Part shown: one piece after another, positions 49,195 to 60,000 of the stretch
How the letters are laid out: every line of letters starts with the position of its first letter
How positions within the stretch are numbered: position 1 is the first letter of the stretch
Assembly (NCBI RefSeq): GCF_036321535.1
Contig: NC_087437.1
Coordinates: 109,370,001 to 109,430,000, forward strand
Origin: Camelus dromedarius
Taxonomy: Eukaryota
Direction: 5' to 3'
DNA: 60,000 bases
Made by a program: the position numbers and the translations under genes
Notes under the pieces: model-generated
What the model was told of the DNA's origin: nothing
Database searches by the model: none
What the model saw: the letters and a program-made list of their open reading frames with translations, nothing else

Positions 49195-49495
49195 GATTGT
49201 ATTTGACAGGAAATTGATTATAGGCTACCTGTGACAAACATTCCCAGATCTTAGTGGGTTAAGACAACAAAATATTTATATTCTGCTCAAATCAGAGTAC
49301 AATGAGGGTCATTACAGTAGGAAGGGGAAGTATGTTCCATGTAAGGAAACCTTCCATCTTGCAGTTGCTGGGGCCACTGGCCAGAATTTTATCATGTGCA
49401 TCCACCTAAATGCAACAAAAGATGGGAAATACAGTCTAGCTGCATGCAAAGCAGACCAGGAAGAAGGTTAGTGAATAATAGCAAGTCTCTGCCAT
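49195..49495 (-). mobile_element. Old MLT1 (J/K-like) LTR
   Basis: TGTGACAAACATTCCCAGATCTTAGTGGGTTAAGACAAC; CCACCTAAATGCAAC...GGGAAATACAGTCT. Confidence 0.6.
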
Positions 49496-49929
49496 TCAGA
49501 TTATAATAAATAAGGCCAACAGATTAAAATAAGACAGATAAATGACACATCTTTGGAAGGGAGTCTCACGAAACATCATTAGAATGGTTTACTTCCAATC
49601 AAGGAAGTCAGTATTTGCTTCTTGTGCTCTCAAGCATCCAAGGAAAAATATGAAGGGGTGACCTCAAAGTGGGGGTGTCTGCTCAGGTCACTAGTGAGCA
49701 TTCAGGGGGATACTGGAGTCTCTACTGGTCCAACATTCTATTTGGATCTTTCAAGCCCATCTCAGATCTACGAGGGTTATACCAAAAGTGGTTCCTCTGA
49801 TCTGCTTTCTCTGGATTCACATGAAGCTCAGAAAAACAACCACAAATTAGAACAAAATAAACATGTGGGTGTAACTTAGGGGAGTCTGCTAGGAGGGCTG
49901 CCCCACACCAGCACTGGGAAGGTGATAGA

Positions 49930-50130
49930 TGAACCCAGATTCAGAGTCTGGCTTCAGAAACAACTTTCTATGAGGCCTTCAAGAATCTTCTTAACTTAAA
50001 AAGAGCTTCAGTTTTCTGATTTGTAAAAGGAGAATACTATGTTTTCAAGATTATGGTTAAGATTAGTTACACATAATTACTATACATAAAGCATCTACTG
50101 AACATAGGGCCTGGCTCACTAGTACTTACT
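49930..50130 (+). mobile_element. MIR SINE fragment
   Basis: CCAGATTCAGAGTCTGGCTTC; GCTTCAGTTTTCTGATTTGTAAAAGGAGAATA. Confidence 0.6.
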
Positions 50131-50639
50131 TTTATTTACTTCTTGCTTCCCAGCAATCATAGGTGATATGCTACCTGCAGCCTGACTGACAGACACACAG
50201 CCATGATCAGAAGGAGAGACAGTGAAGAGGAAGCAGAGGGAGGCCAGAAGTCAGAAACCAGAACAAAGGAAGAGCATAGAAGCATACGTGGAAAATTCAA
50301 CTCAACTTCAGTAGAGAGTTTAGTAGGGAAGGAATATCAAGCTTGATTTAAAGTAGGATGCATTCTTAAAGCCTGAAAAGAATAATGTCATTAGCCTTCA
50401 CCTGGCTGGCTCACTGTGTGATCACTATGTGATGTCCACTCTTATTTTCTCTTTCATTTACCAGTATTCCTCCCCGCCCCACCACCACCAACCTAGGAAG
50501 ACAGACAGTGACAGGTGCTAAGATAGGTTTGTCTTGGACAATCTTAATAAACACATTTTTTCCTACAGTTTTAAACTTCTGCAAAGCCCAAAACCAACAT
50601 TTTTAGCAATTGTTCAAGCTGTCATAACTTCAGTAATGA

Positions 50640-50830
50640 GGTACTACCCATTTATTGGGTGTCTATAATAATCATTATTATGTGTCTATAATGATTTTTA
50701 TTATGTGTCTATTCCAGTTCTTACAGTTCCCTGCATGAGAAGATTCACTGTCTTCTTGTTTTTGAATGTGGAACATGAGACCTAAAGAGATTGAGTGATT
50801 GGCCTTTGATTCTAGAGTTTCCGACTTAAA
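50640..50830 (-). mobile_element. MIR SINE fragment
   Basis: CATTTATTGGGTGTCTA; GTGGAACATGAGACCTAAAGAGATTGAGTGATTGGCC. Confidence 0.55.
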
Positions 50831-53800
50831 GCCTACCTTATTCTCTCTCTCACGGCTCCTGCCTGCTCTGGGCACATGCATTGTTGCTAAGGTCTGATGT
50901 TGTTCTGGTGCATCTGCTTTCCACCTCCAATACGCTCATGTTCATGGCCTGGTTGTCAGATTACATGCCCTGGAAAACCCTCACTGATGGAGACAAGGTG
51001 GCAGGTGAGTAAAGGTGGCAATTTCCTGGGTGGCTTAATTGTGACTCAGGCATGTCCTAAAAGTATAAGCTACAAGTGTCAGACCTTTAAATAAGAGACC
51101 CTGAATGTTTTCTGCAACTTAAATACAAGTAAGCCTAGAGGATAGAGCGGGAAGTTATTTTGAGTCTGACAGTGCTTAGAAACTTTCCCATTTCACCATT
51201 AATGGTGGCACATAATCAAATTAGCCTTTAACAGCAATCAGTGCTCCATGGGATGGCACCATGGTGACTGAGGTGCTTCGGAGATTTTAATTCTCTCTAA
51301 CAGCTTCCCACAATAAAAACTGAATTTGAAAGTCCTTGGGAGTAATTCCAGTAGATCTTGTTTATACACCATCTTGTGGAGGCTTCTCAGAAAAACGAGT
51401 GACTACAGATTGAATCATTCTCTGCATTTAAAGTTGTGGATGTAAAGCATAGACAGAAAACTGTACATCTGTCAGTGACTCACACTTCATAACAAGTTTC
51501 AAATTTCTCTTGAAAGGGATTCTAATAATTCAGATGGAGAAACATTCCAGATTCCAAGTGATTGTGTTTGCAAATTGCAAAGGAGAAGACTCCACAATTT
51601 CAGGGAGTGACTTGGTTTGGCAACGGGCAGCCTTCCTGCACAGATCCTGTGTGGTGCTTGGGGAGTACAAGGGCAGCGTCCTGCCTGGGGGAACCTACTA
51701 TACTGTGAACTAGGTGATGGTCTGCTCCCCAGTGACTCACCCAAGTTGTCAGAAACCCCCCCGTTTTCCCATAACCACTTTGTCAGGCTGATGTGTTTCC
51801 CCCTTGGAGCCACACCCTTGCTTCCATCGCCCATTTCACTAGTTCCTTATCCACTGCATTTGCCCTTAATTCCTGCTCTGATGTGGACCTCCACCCCAGA
51901 ACCCGGGTTCTTAGACTTGTGAGAGGATTGAGCATTCCTTATCATCACAACCAGCTTGAGAGAAAGACCACAGCCCCAGTGTGGCAGAGTTTCAGAAAGA
52001 GGAAGGTGAATGCAGTGAAATACCCTTAATCACTCTGAGGCACTAAATCCAGGTCTGCCATTGAGCCTCATTAAAGATATGATTAATATGTTGAGGAAAC
52101 TTACCAGACATTATTATATTGTACAACTTTAAACAAGAAAACCAATCCTGAAATAAATAAGAAAACAAAACAAAACATACATCTACGTTATGTATCAGGG
52201 TAAATATTCATTTTCAAAACGTCCTTATTTTTCAAGAGGATTCACTGCATTATATCTTCAATTAAGTCTTTCAAACAGGATTCCATTTATGCCTTTATAG
52301 CTACATTTAGACTTTTAGAAAAGTTTCTAGTATATGAGATCAAGTAAAACTATTCAATATTTTTCCACAAGGAGATTTTTGAAATGTGGAAAATTTTTTA
52401 AGCTGTTCACAACTTCCTTTACATAGTGCTGTATCCCACTTAAGGGCAAATGGTTTTTCCAGTTAACAGATAGTTTGTCTTTGGAAATCACTAATCTAAA
52501 TGCCAGTCTTCATATCTTTCCAAGAGACCATCATCACTGCAAGGTGCCACTATGTGTATCATTTTGAGATCTCCTGAAAGGCTAATTTAAAAGAAAAAAA
52601 TCAGACATGTACTCGAGTTAACTTTTAAAATCACAGCCTTTCTTTCATTTTTTCAAGTATTAATTTGTCATCAAAGAAACAATGGGTCCACTGGTTCATT
52701 CCACAAATTGCCAGGAATTACTTTTGAAGGTAAGCAGATCACTTAGAAGTTATCCCCATAACATAATTGTTATGGTTATTTGAGTAATAAATGCTATTAT
52801 AATTCCAGTAGAACTTCAACTATGATAGGAAAAAAGGCGAATAACTTTTCAGAGGCACATACTTTTATTTCTTTGATGATGTAAGGGTCAAAAAGACCCT
52901 ATGTGAGGCTGCCTGTACTTACTTGCGACAACTTCTGTCTCTTCAGTAAGAATTTGATTGTAGTGGCACCAAGAGGAAAGAACCACCCTGAGTTCAAACT
53001 GGGAGCCCCTGTGAAGTCACCTTTAGACTGCACAGTGACGCTTTCCTTACAGAACCAGCCAGTTCCAATGTTCCTTCTGTCATTTGACTTTATTTCAAGA
53101 TGAATAAATCCCTGTCGGCACGTTCAATGTAGGACGTGGTGTGTAAGTACTTGATGTGTCGCTGGGATAGATGAGATTCTCTTCTGAAGTGGGAAGGTTC
53201 TGACTTACAAGGAAAAGACATAAGGCTGGATTCTTCCCCCACTTCCCCCAGGCTCCTAGCTTGAACTTTCACTTCTGAAGATAAACCGACTTTTCCCCTT
53301 CAATTTAGTGTCAGGTTCCTCTCTACTAAGAGATTTGAATGGCTTTCAACATAAAGCGTTCAGGGTGTTGAAGCTCTCTGTCCAGCGATGGTCAGATTAC
53401 TTGTGGTGGGCGCAGGGTGGACTTGGGGTTAGTATTAAAGGTCATTAATGGGCCTCTCTGTACTTCTGTTCTGCCTTTTCTCCTGTCCTGTAAGCGTCAG
53501 AGCCAGGAGGGTGAATCAAGTCTGATGGTGGAATAAAACCAAACATACTGCTGCTTCCGTACAGGGTGACCTTTACAAGATGGAGACTCCAAGCCCCTAA
53601 ACCAGGGCAAGATAAGATAAGGACACCAGAACACAGCTGGGTTGGGCTGAGCTGGGCTTGAGTTCCCATGGCAGTTAATGCATTGCCTTAGAAATGACTG
53701 TTGTTAATACAATTAAGTGAATAGATTTTATAATTGTATGAGTAAGGTATGCAAAGCTTGATTTAAATTTAATTTCTGGCAGTTGTTAGGTTTCCGTTTG

Positions 53801-55697
53801 GAATACTCCCTCATTGTGGAAGCTGCCAATGTGAAATGAGATGTTCCAGAATTTATGTATTTCCTGAACATATTGTAGGTGCCAAATAAAATGTTGGTTA
53901 AATGAATAAATGGGTTGGTTTTCCAAGAAAGATACCAATTACTTTTAGATTTTTCTGCTCTCTTAAATAAGAGATGTGTATACTTTCAGGAGCATATTTG
54001 GGAGAGAGAAAGGATGGAGGAAAATATGGAAGTGCCAGGGGCTCAGTCAGGGACTGAATATATGATGCAGGGTCTTGGTAGAGTGGATCACGTTGGGTGT
54101 TTGGGAACTGGGAGAACAAGGCATCTAGGCTTCTGGTCTTTTACAGGTTGGCAGGATGAAGAGAGAAATATGGGTGGTGAAACCATTGTCTAGGGTAAAG
54201 TACCACACTTTCTAGTTTAATAGCACCAAGAAGGCATTATTTTTCCACTGAGGTTCAGATATCTTTTTAAATTTTCTCCCTTCCCTAACCATTGTGGCAA
54301 GAATGCAGGGGCTTTGTAGGATAGCATCATGCTAATTTCATAAAGCTGCTGGGACTTTCTCTAGGCAGAGTTAATTAATATTAGCTAACAGCATCAGTGT
54401 TCCCACAGCCATAAAAAAGTAATTTCTCTATTGCAAAGTCATCTAAAATTTTGTGTCAGCTCAGGCTCTCCTATTTCCCCTGAATGTCATTCAAAGGGGA
54501 CACCATCAAAAAAGAGAAACTAATTAACTTCCAGAGAAATTATTTTTAAATCCAAAATTTGATGCCCAAATTACCCAAACAAAATCAAGACTGAAACCCC
54601 TCAAACGAAGCTGATAAATGATAATCTATTTCTTCATGAGCAAGTGATCTTATGGTAAAAGTCCTAAGGTTACTGATTTCTAGATTTCCACAGTATCTAG
54701 TTAATTTCAGGAAAATACCTATCCTCCTGGAAAGTATCAGAATTTAAAATATTGTGCACACACTTTTTGATGGTTTGGAGACAAAAATTAAATTTATTGT
54801 AAAACTTGAATAAACTTCATTTTTATCTAGCTTCACTAGATTAAATAATGGAATCTAGAGATATTAAAATTGTGGCTTCAAAAAAAAAATCTAAGAATTT
54901 CAGTTTTCAGTTCCCAGACTATTTGTAAAATGCGTTCTAAGCTCTCTTAGAAATTTTATACTATATTACTGGCTTTAAAATAAAAAGCTAATAGGTTGAA
55001 ATAAAACATTATTTTCAAATAGAGAAAGAAGTGCTAAAATCTATTCCTTTTAGAAGACCATAAGCTCTTTGCATTTGTCTCCCTTCTAATGACCCTTCCT
55101 CTGTCAAAGGCACAGCTCTTAGAAGAACAGAGGAATATGCTGATATAGTGCCAAGAGGTCAAAGGCCTCTATTTATTTTTAATTTATTTGAGCAATTTGC
55201 ATGTATCATACGAGAGTCCACAGCATTTTCCTCCTTTTACTTTATAACAAAATCTAATATGTATCTTTTTTGCCTTGGTTTAAAGGGTAGAGATTACATT
55301 TCTAGGTAATAGGGAAATCTCACTTCTCCATGGTGCAATTTCCTTCCAATCTTTTCTTATTTTCCCACCTTGAGAGGCCTCCTTACTATCTCACACTCTC
55401 ATAGATTACTCAGTGCTGCACAGACGACCACAGATTTATTTAAGCCATCACATTCCTCTTCCCTTCTATCATTCAGCTTCACATTCTGTACAATTCCTCT
55501 CGTCCTGGCCCTAAATTTAAGACTGCTTTCCCCAGTAGTCATGGAGAGGCCCTTCAGAGAAAAAGATGCTCCCTGGACCACCGTCTGCCTGGGGACAGTA
55601 AATTGTGTTTTGAATGGAAACTAAGAGGGAGAAGGGACAGTAGGGAGGGAAACCTGTTGGCAAATACAGCAAACTGGGGTCATCCTTGTTGCTAAAT

Positions 55698-56490
55698 TGT
55701 AATAACCTGAGAGTCATTTATTTGGTCTTCTCCATCGTTCCCAGCACAGAGCTCCTAAAACCCTTGTAATTGGCTAAGTAGTAGGGGTGATAGGCGTACC
55801 TTCATCCTAGTCTTTGTCCTCAGTTCGAGCTCCTGACACAAGGGTTTCTAAGTGAATCTCTGGAGTAATAAGAATGTCTTTGTATAGGAATGAGATAATG
55901 GGTGCCTGGGGGCCCCTGGATAGTTTAGGATTAGTGGCCAGTGAGACCAACAATGTGATTAGACAGTTCGAACTTTCAGCCCCACCCTGGGACCTGGGAG
56001 GGGAGAGAGGCTGAGGACTGAGTGAATCACCAGTTGGCCAATGATTTGATCAATTCATGCTTATGTAATGAAACGCACTGCAGTGCTGGGGAGTGCATGA
56101 AGGCTCCAAGTCCATTCCCACAATCCTTGCCCTCTTTTGTTCCTGAGTTCTATTCTTCATAATGAACTAGGAATAAGTAAATAAAACACTTTCCTTAGTT
56201 TTGCGAGTCATTCCAGCAAATTATTGAACCTGAGGAGGGGGGTCAAAGGAACCCCTAATTTAAAGCCAATTGTTTAGATATATGGGAGACCCAGACTTGT
56301 GACTGGCACCTAAAATGGGACTGAGCCCATAACGTGTGGGATCTGCATCCAGTCTAGGTAGTTAGTATCAAAGTAGAATTGTAGGACATCTAAGGTGATG
56401 TCCAGAGAGTTAAAGAATAGGTTGTATGGAGGAAGAAAAAAACCAACACACACACACACACACACACACATTTGGTGTCAGAAGTGTCAT
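55698..56490 (+). mobile_element. MER21-like ERVL-class solo LTR
   Basis: TTTGGTCTTCTCC...CACAGAGCTCCTAAAACCCTTG; GGCCAATGATTTGATCAATTCATGC; GAATTGTAGGACA; ACACATTTGGTGTCAGAAGTG end; contains (CA)n at ~56446-56470. Confidence 0.85.
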
Positions 56491-56710
56491 AAGTTAAAAA
56501 AAAAAAAAACTTGGCTTGTATATACTTGTGAGCCAGGAGCAGTGAATCGCCACCTCCCATCAATATTCCTTTACTACTGGTCTTGTCAACTCTACATTTC
56601 ATCTAATAACAATTGTTCTTCACAGAACCCAGTGTTTTCATAGCATATTCTATGTCCAGACACCTGCCTTAAAATAAAATCCTTCCATGAAGGATGTTAT
56701 TAGCACAAAG

Positions 56711-56925
56711 CAGGGTTTCTTAATCAGGGATCACTTTGTCCCCCAGGAGATACTTGGCAATGCCTGGAAATGTTTTTGATTGTCGTGACTGGGTGGGTGC
56801 TGCTGGCATCCAGTGGGTGGGGGCCGGGGAGGCTGCTCAGCATGCTGTGGTGCACAGGACAGTCCCCACCACCACAAGGGGTGACCTGACCCTAAGTGTC
56901 AACAATGCCGAGATTGGAAAACCAT
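56711..56925 (-). mobile_element. MER20 hAT-Charlie MITE
   Basis: TTTGTCCCCCAGGAGATACTTGGCAATGCCTGGAAATGTTTTTGATTGTCGTGACTGGG...GCACAGGACAGTCCCCAC...TGTCAACAATGCCGAG. Confidence 0.9.
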
Positions 56926-58694
56926 AACGCAGACGTCTGACTCTCACCTCATGGAGCCAGAAATTAGATAAGGCCTTGTTGAGAGATATGCAAAGCCTTT
57001 GGAAACACAATGTTTCAGATTTTATTTTACTGACAAAATGAAACCAGCAGTTCATCGAGGACTTGAGAGTGCCTGCTAGCATTGGTACAGTAAATAGCTA
57101 CCTGTTTCTAAATATTCTGTCTGATACACCAAGAAAGCTGTCCATGAACAGGGTAAGATATGCCTCATCATAGGGACTCCTCTGAAAACTTGGTATAAGA
57201 GAGAAGAATCAAGTGAAGTTTATTTTATCCCCAAGGGAAGCATGTGCTTTGAAAACAGGTTTTTTCCTAAACCTTCTTGAGGCTCCAGCGCAGAGTGTTT
57301 TCTTCGAAGTTGCTTCCATCTGTCTTTCTTTATGAAACACGAGCCCCAAATGTGTGCAAGGCTGTATTACTGCATTGTTCCCCAAGACTAAAGATCCTGA
57401 AGTCTTAACTGGCTTAACAGCAAGTTAGGAGCAAAGTCTGCCGGGTCAGCTTTCTCACAGCACTTTCTTGGGTCTGCGTAATTATGGAAATCTCCAAGGT
57501 AACTGGCCAGCGCCTTTCTCCGTGGGCCTGTGTGATTCTCGTACATTCTATCTATACAAGGGGTAGAATTCAGCCCATGGAAGAGAGAGGAAGAGCATTA
57601 GAGAATTACAAAGGGTATTAGAACCACAAACCCATTGAGTATTAATGAGTCATAAAACCAGGGGAAATGGTCAGGTAAAAGAATAGGACACTGTCTTTTT
57701 TTTTTTTTTTTTAATATTTTATAACTTTAAGTCTTGTTCTAGATATTTCCAGGATGTCTAAAGATGTCAATTGTGGTAAAACAGGATTATTGTCTATATA
57801 TTACAGCATCTTAATGGCACACATAATGATAATGGAATTCTTTTGAACATCTTCTATCACAATTAATCTAGATGGCAATTCACTCATATATATATAGCTT
57901 TTAGCGCCATTGAGAGAATACAGCCTCCCAGCCTTACGGAACTTGGGATGACCTTCACAGAAAAAAGAATTTGTTCAGGAGAAAGGTACAAAAAAATAAA
58001 AATTTCAAAACAAAAATCTTCTATAAATTATAACTGCTTACAATACAGGGCTCTAGACTTTGTGGGAGGAAGCACCTCATTAACATACTTATTTCTCTAA
58101 AGTAGAAGCATCTACAACAATAATCAGAGAACAATTGCAGAGGTCCTGTGCTTCAACTTTTAATTCAGTGGTGGTAGAAACAATCAAGCAGACCTGCCTT
58201 TGAGTCAGATGTCTCCACTCTTCTTCCCTTTCTTTTTGGGTTCTGGTTAATTTCTCCTCGGTTGAAATTCTTGTGTTTTTTTTGTTTTTTTTTGTATAAT
58301 GGGAAGACCCTAAGAGACAGAACATTTGCATTTTACTTCCATAGCTTGCATTTTCAGTTTCACTTCAGATAAAACGATTCTTAAGCTCCTCTCAGAGAAA
58401 ATTGTTCTGTGGTACTGGCAGCCGGGCTCAGCTACTACTCCTCTGTGCCAGAGGTGTCGGTATAGAAAGGATGAGAACCACTTTCCTGCATACAAATTAC
58501 GTTAAGTTGCTTATACCTGAAAAGTGCTAAGTGAGAGCTTTTAGTGTGCATGACCGCTTTTATAGGAAAGATCTTCAGGAAGCCAAGAGACTTCGATGCT
58601 AATTCTGAGTTTGCCAAAGGTGCATGACTTTGGAAAAGTGATTTATAAACAGTTGTTTCCATCTGTGGAACTGGGAAAGTAAAATCTGATACCA

Positions 58695-59130
58695 AATGTC
58701 TTGGACCGGCTTCCCTGGGAAGTAGGGCCTGAGATCAAGGCTGGCATGCTGGTAGTTTACTTGGGATTGTGATTTTTTGAGAAGCAGTAGGATAGGACCA
58801 GAGAGTAAGATAGGAAAGCAAGAAAGACAGCAGGACGCCTTGTTGAGGCAGCCGCCAGTATGGTTAATCTGCTCTTGACTCCTTTGGGTCCTTCTGAAAG
58901 TCTCGTGCATGGTGTCTCAGAACTGTCCACTCATGGGGATGAAAGAGGGAGGCATAATTTATTGATTTCTACTCCCATTGGTTAAAAATGTCAGTGGGTG
59001 TTGACATCCCTGCACTCCTGGGATGCATGGACGTGAGTGCGGGCCAGATGCCTCCTGGATTCCATGCTGCAGATCAGGGAAACCCAGGCAGGAAGTGAGA
59101 GGCTTATGACGCAAACATAGCTGAAGAATC
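58695..59130 (-). mobile_element. LTR16-like ERVL LTR
   Basis: TCTCAGAACTGTCCAC...GATGAAAGAGGGAG; CTCCCATTGGTTAA; AGGGAAACCCAGGCAGGAAGTGAGAGG. Confidence 0.65.
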
Positions 59131-59588
59131 GTCTGGTTGGCCATTCTTGTCCCCTACACCAGATTTTTAGTGCACTCTCTGTTCCCTACACACACTCTTT
59201 CTGCCCTCACCTCTGTCACTTCACTCATGCAGTTTTCCTGCTGTGCCTCCCTCTTTGACTGAAGAATTCCTGATCAGTTATTTAAGCTAAAGTCAGATAT
59301 AACCTCTCCTTGAAACTGTTCCTAAATGTAGTCAAAAAAACAAAAACAAAAACAAAAACAAAAAACCATGCTTACCTCAGAGCGTCGTAGGACTAAATGA
59401 GAAAAATGCCTTAAAGCATTTAGAACAGTCTCAGACATAGAGGGAGCAATCAGTGATTGTTGTTCTGTTAACATTTTGTCGTCTCAGTGATCATTATGTC
59501 TACTAGATCCTTTAACACAACGAGCGCAACAACCGTGCCTTAACCATTTGTAAGTGCCTCACATAGAACCTGGTAGCTGGTAGGTGTT

Positions 59589-60000
59589 TGTTATGAGTTG
59601 CATTGAATTGTGTCTCCAACAAAAAGACATGTTGAAGTTCTAATCCCCCAGTACCTAAAAATGTGCCCTGACTGGGAAAGAGGGTCTTTACAGAGGTAAT
59701 CAAGTTAAAATGAGGTTTTTATGGTGGACCCTAATCCAACATGATTGATGTCCTTATAGAAAGAGAAAATTTGGACACAGAGAAAGACACGTATAGAGGA
59801 AACATGATATAAAGACGTGGGGAGAATGCCATCAACAAGGTGAGGAACAGCTGAGAAGCAGGGAACAGATCCCTTCTCAGAATTCTCAGAAGGAATCAAC
59901 CCTACCAGCATCCTGATTTAAGCTTCTAGCCTCCAGAACTGTGAGATATTACATTTCTGTTATTTGTGATACTTTGTGACAGCAGCCCTGGGAAACTAAT
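59589..60000 (+). mobile_element. MLT1B-like MaLR LTR (reaches window end)
   Basis: TGAATTGTGTCTCC..ATGTTGAAGTTCTAATCCCCCAGTACC; CCCTAATCCAACATGA; CTTCTAGCCTCCAGAACTGTGAGA; GCAGCCCTGGGAAACTAAT. Confidence 0.9.

Noticed and set aside
50655..50712. ~22-bp tandem repeats (GTGTCTATAAT...) as a CRISPR-like array
   Set aside because: Local slippage duplication inside a MIR; no unique spacers and a eukaryotic context.
1..60000. Novel multi-gene, defence or CRISPR-type system
   Set aside because: Mammalian non-coding DNA with no intact ORFs, operons or spaced repeat arrays.

Overview
AT-rich mammalian genomic DNA, most likely camelid (alpaca/llama/camel). The species call rests on a tRNA-Ala-derived Vic-1-type SINE, lineage-type L1 3' tails, and the fact that I saw no Alu, B1/B2 or BovA/BovB. 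I find no credible protein-coding exon, rRNA, true tRNA gene, CpG island or CRISPR array. The listed ORFs are chance ORFs, microsatellite artefacts or transposon relics (L1 ORF2 at ~47.3-48.1 kb, MULE transposase at ~45.55-46.0 kb). The window looks like a large intron or gene desert. It is a mosaic of old eutherian repeats (L1M, L2, MIR, MLT1/MLT2, MER21, LTR16, MER20, MER94, MER96B, Ricksha) plus a few younger insertions, and it contains several repeat-poor blocks with clustered developmental TF motifs that may be enhancers. The most notable sequence-level observations are: (1) a nested element in which an MLT2 LTR hosts both an ERV1-type LTR and an internally deleted Mutator-family (Ricksha) transposon with TIRs, a 9-bp TSD and a readable catalytic motif; (2) a ~90-bp templated insertion copied from 1.6 kb upstream into a MER21 LTR; (3) two short L1-mobilised retrocopies with TSDs, one from an ERV LTR transcript end and one from an unidentified polyadenylated RNA; (4) an L1 with a chimeric 3' UTR. 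I see no evidence for a novel multi-gene system. Repeat subfamily names come from recalled consensus sequences, boundaries are approximate, and both need RepeatMasker/Dfam confirmation.
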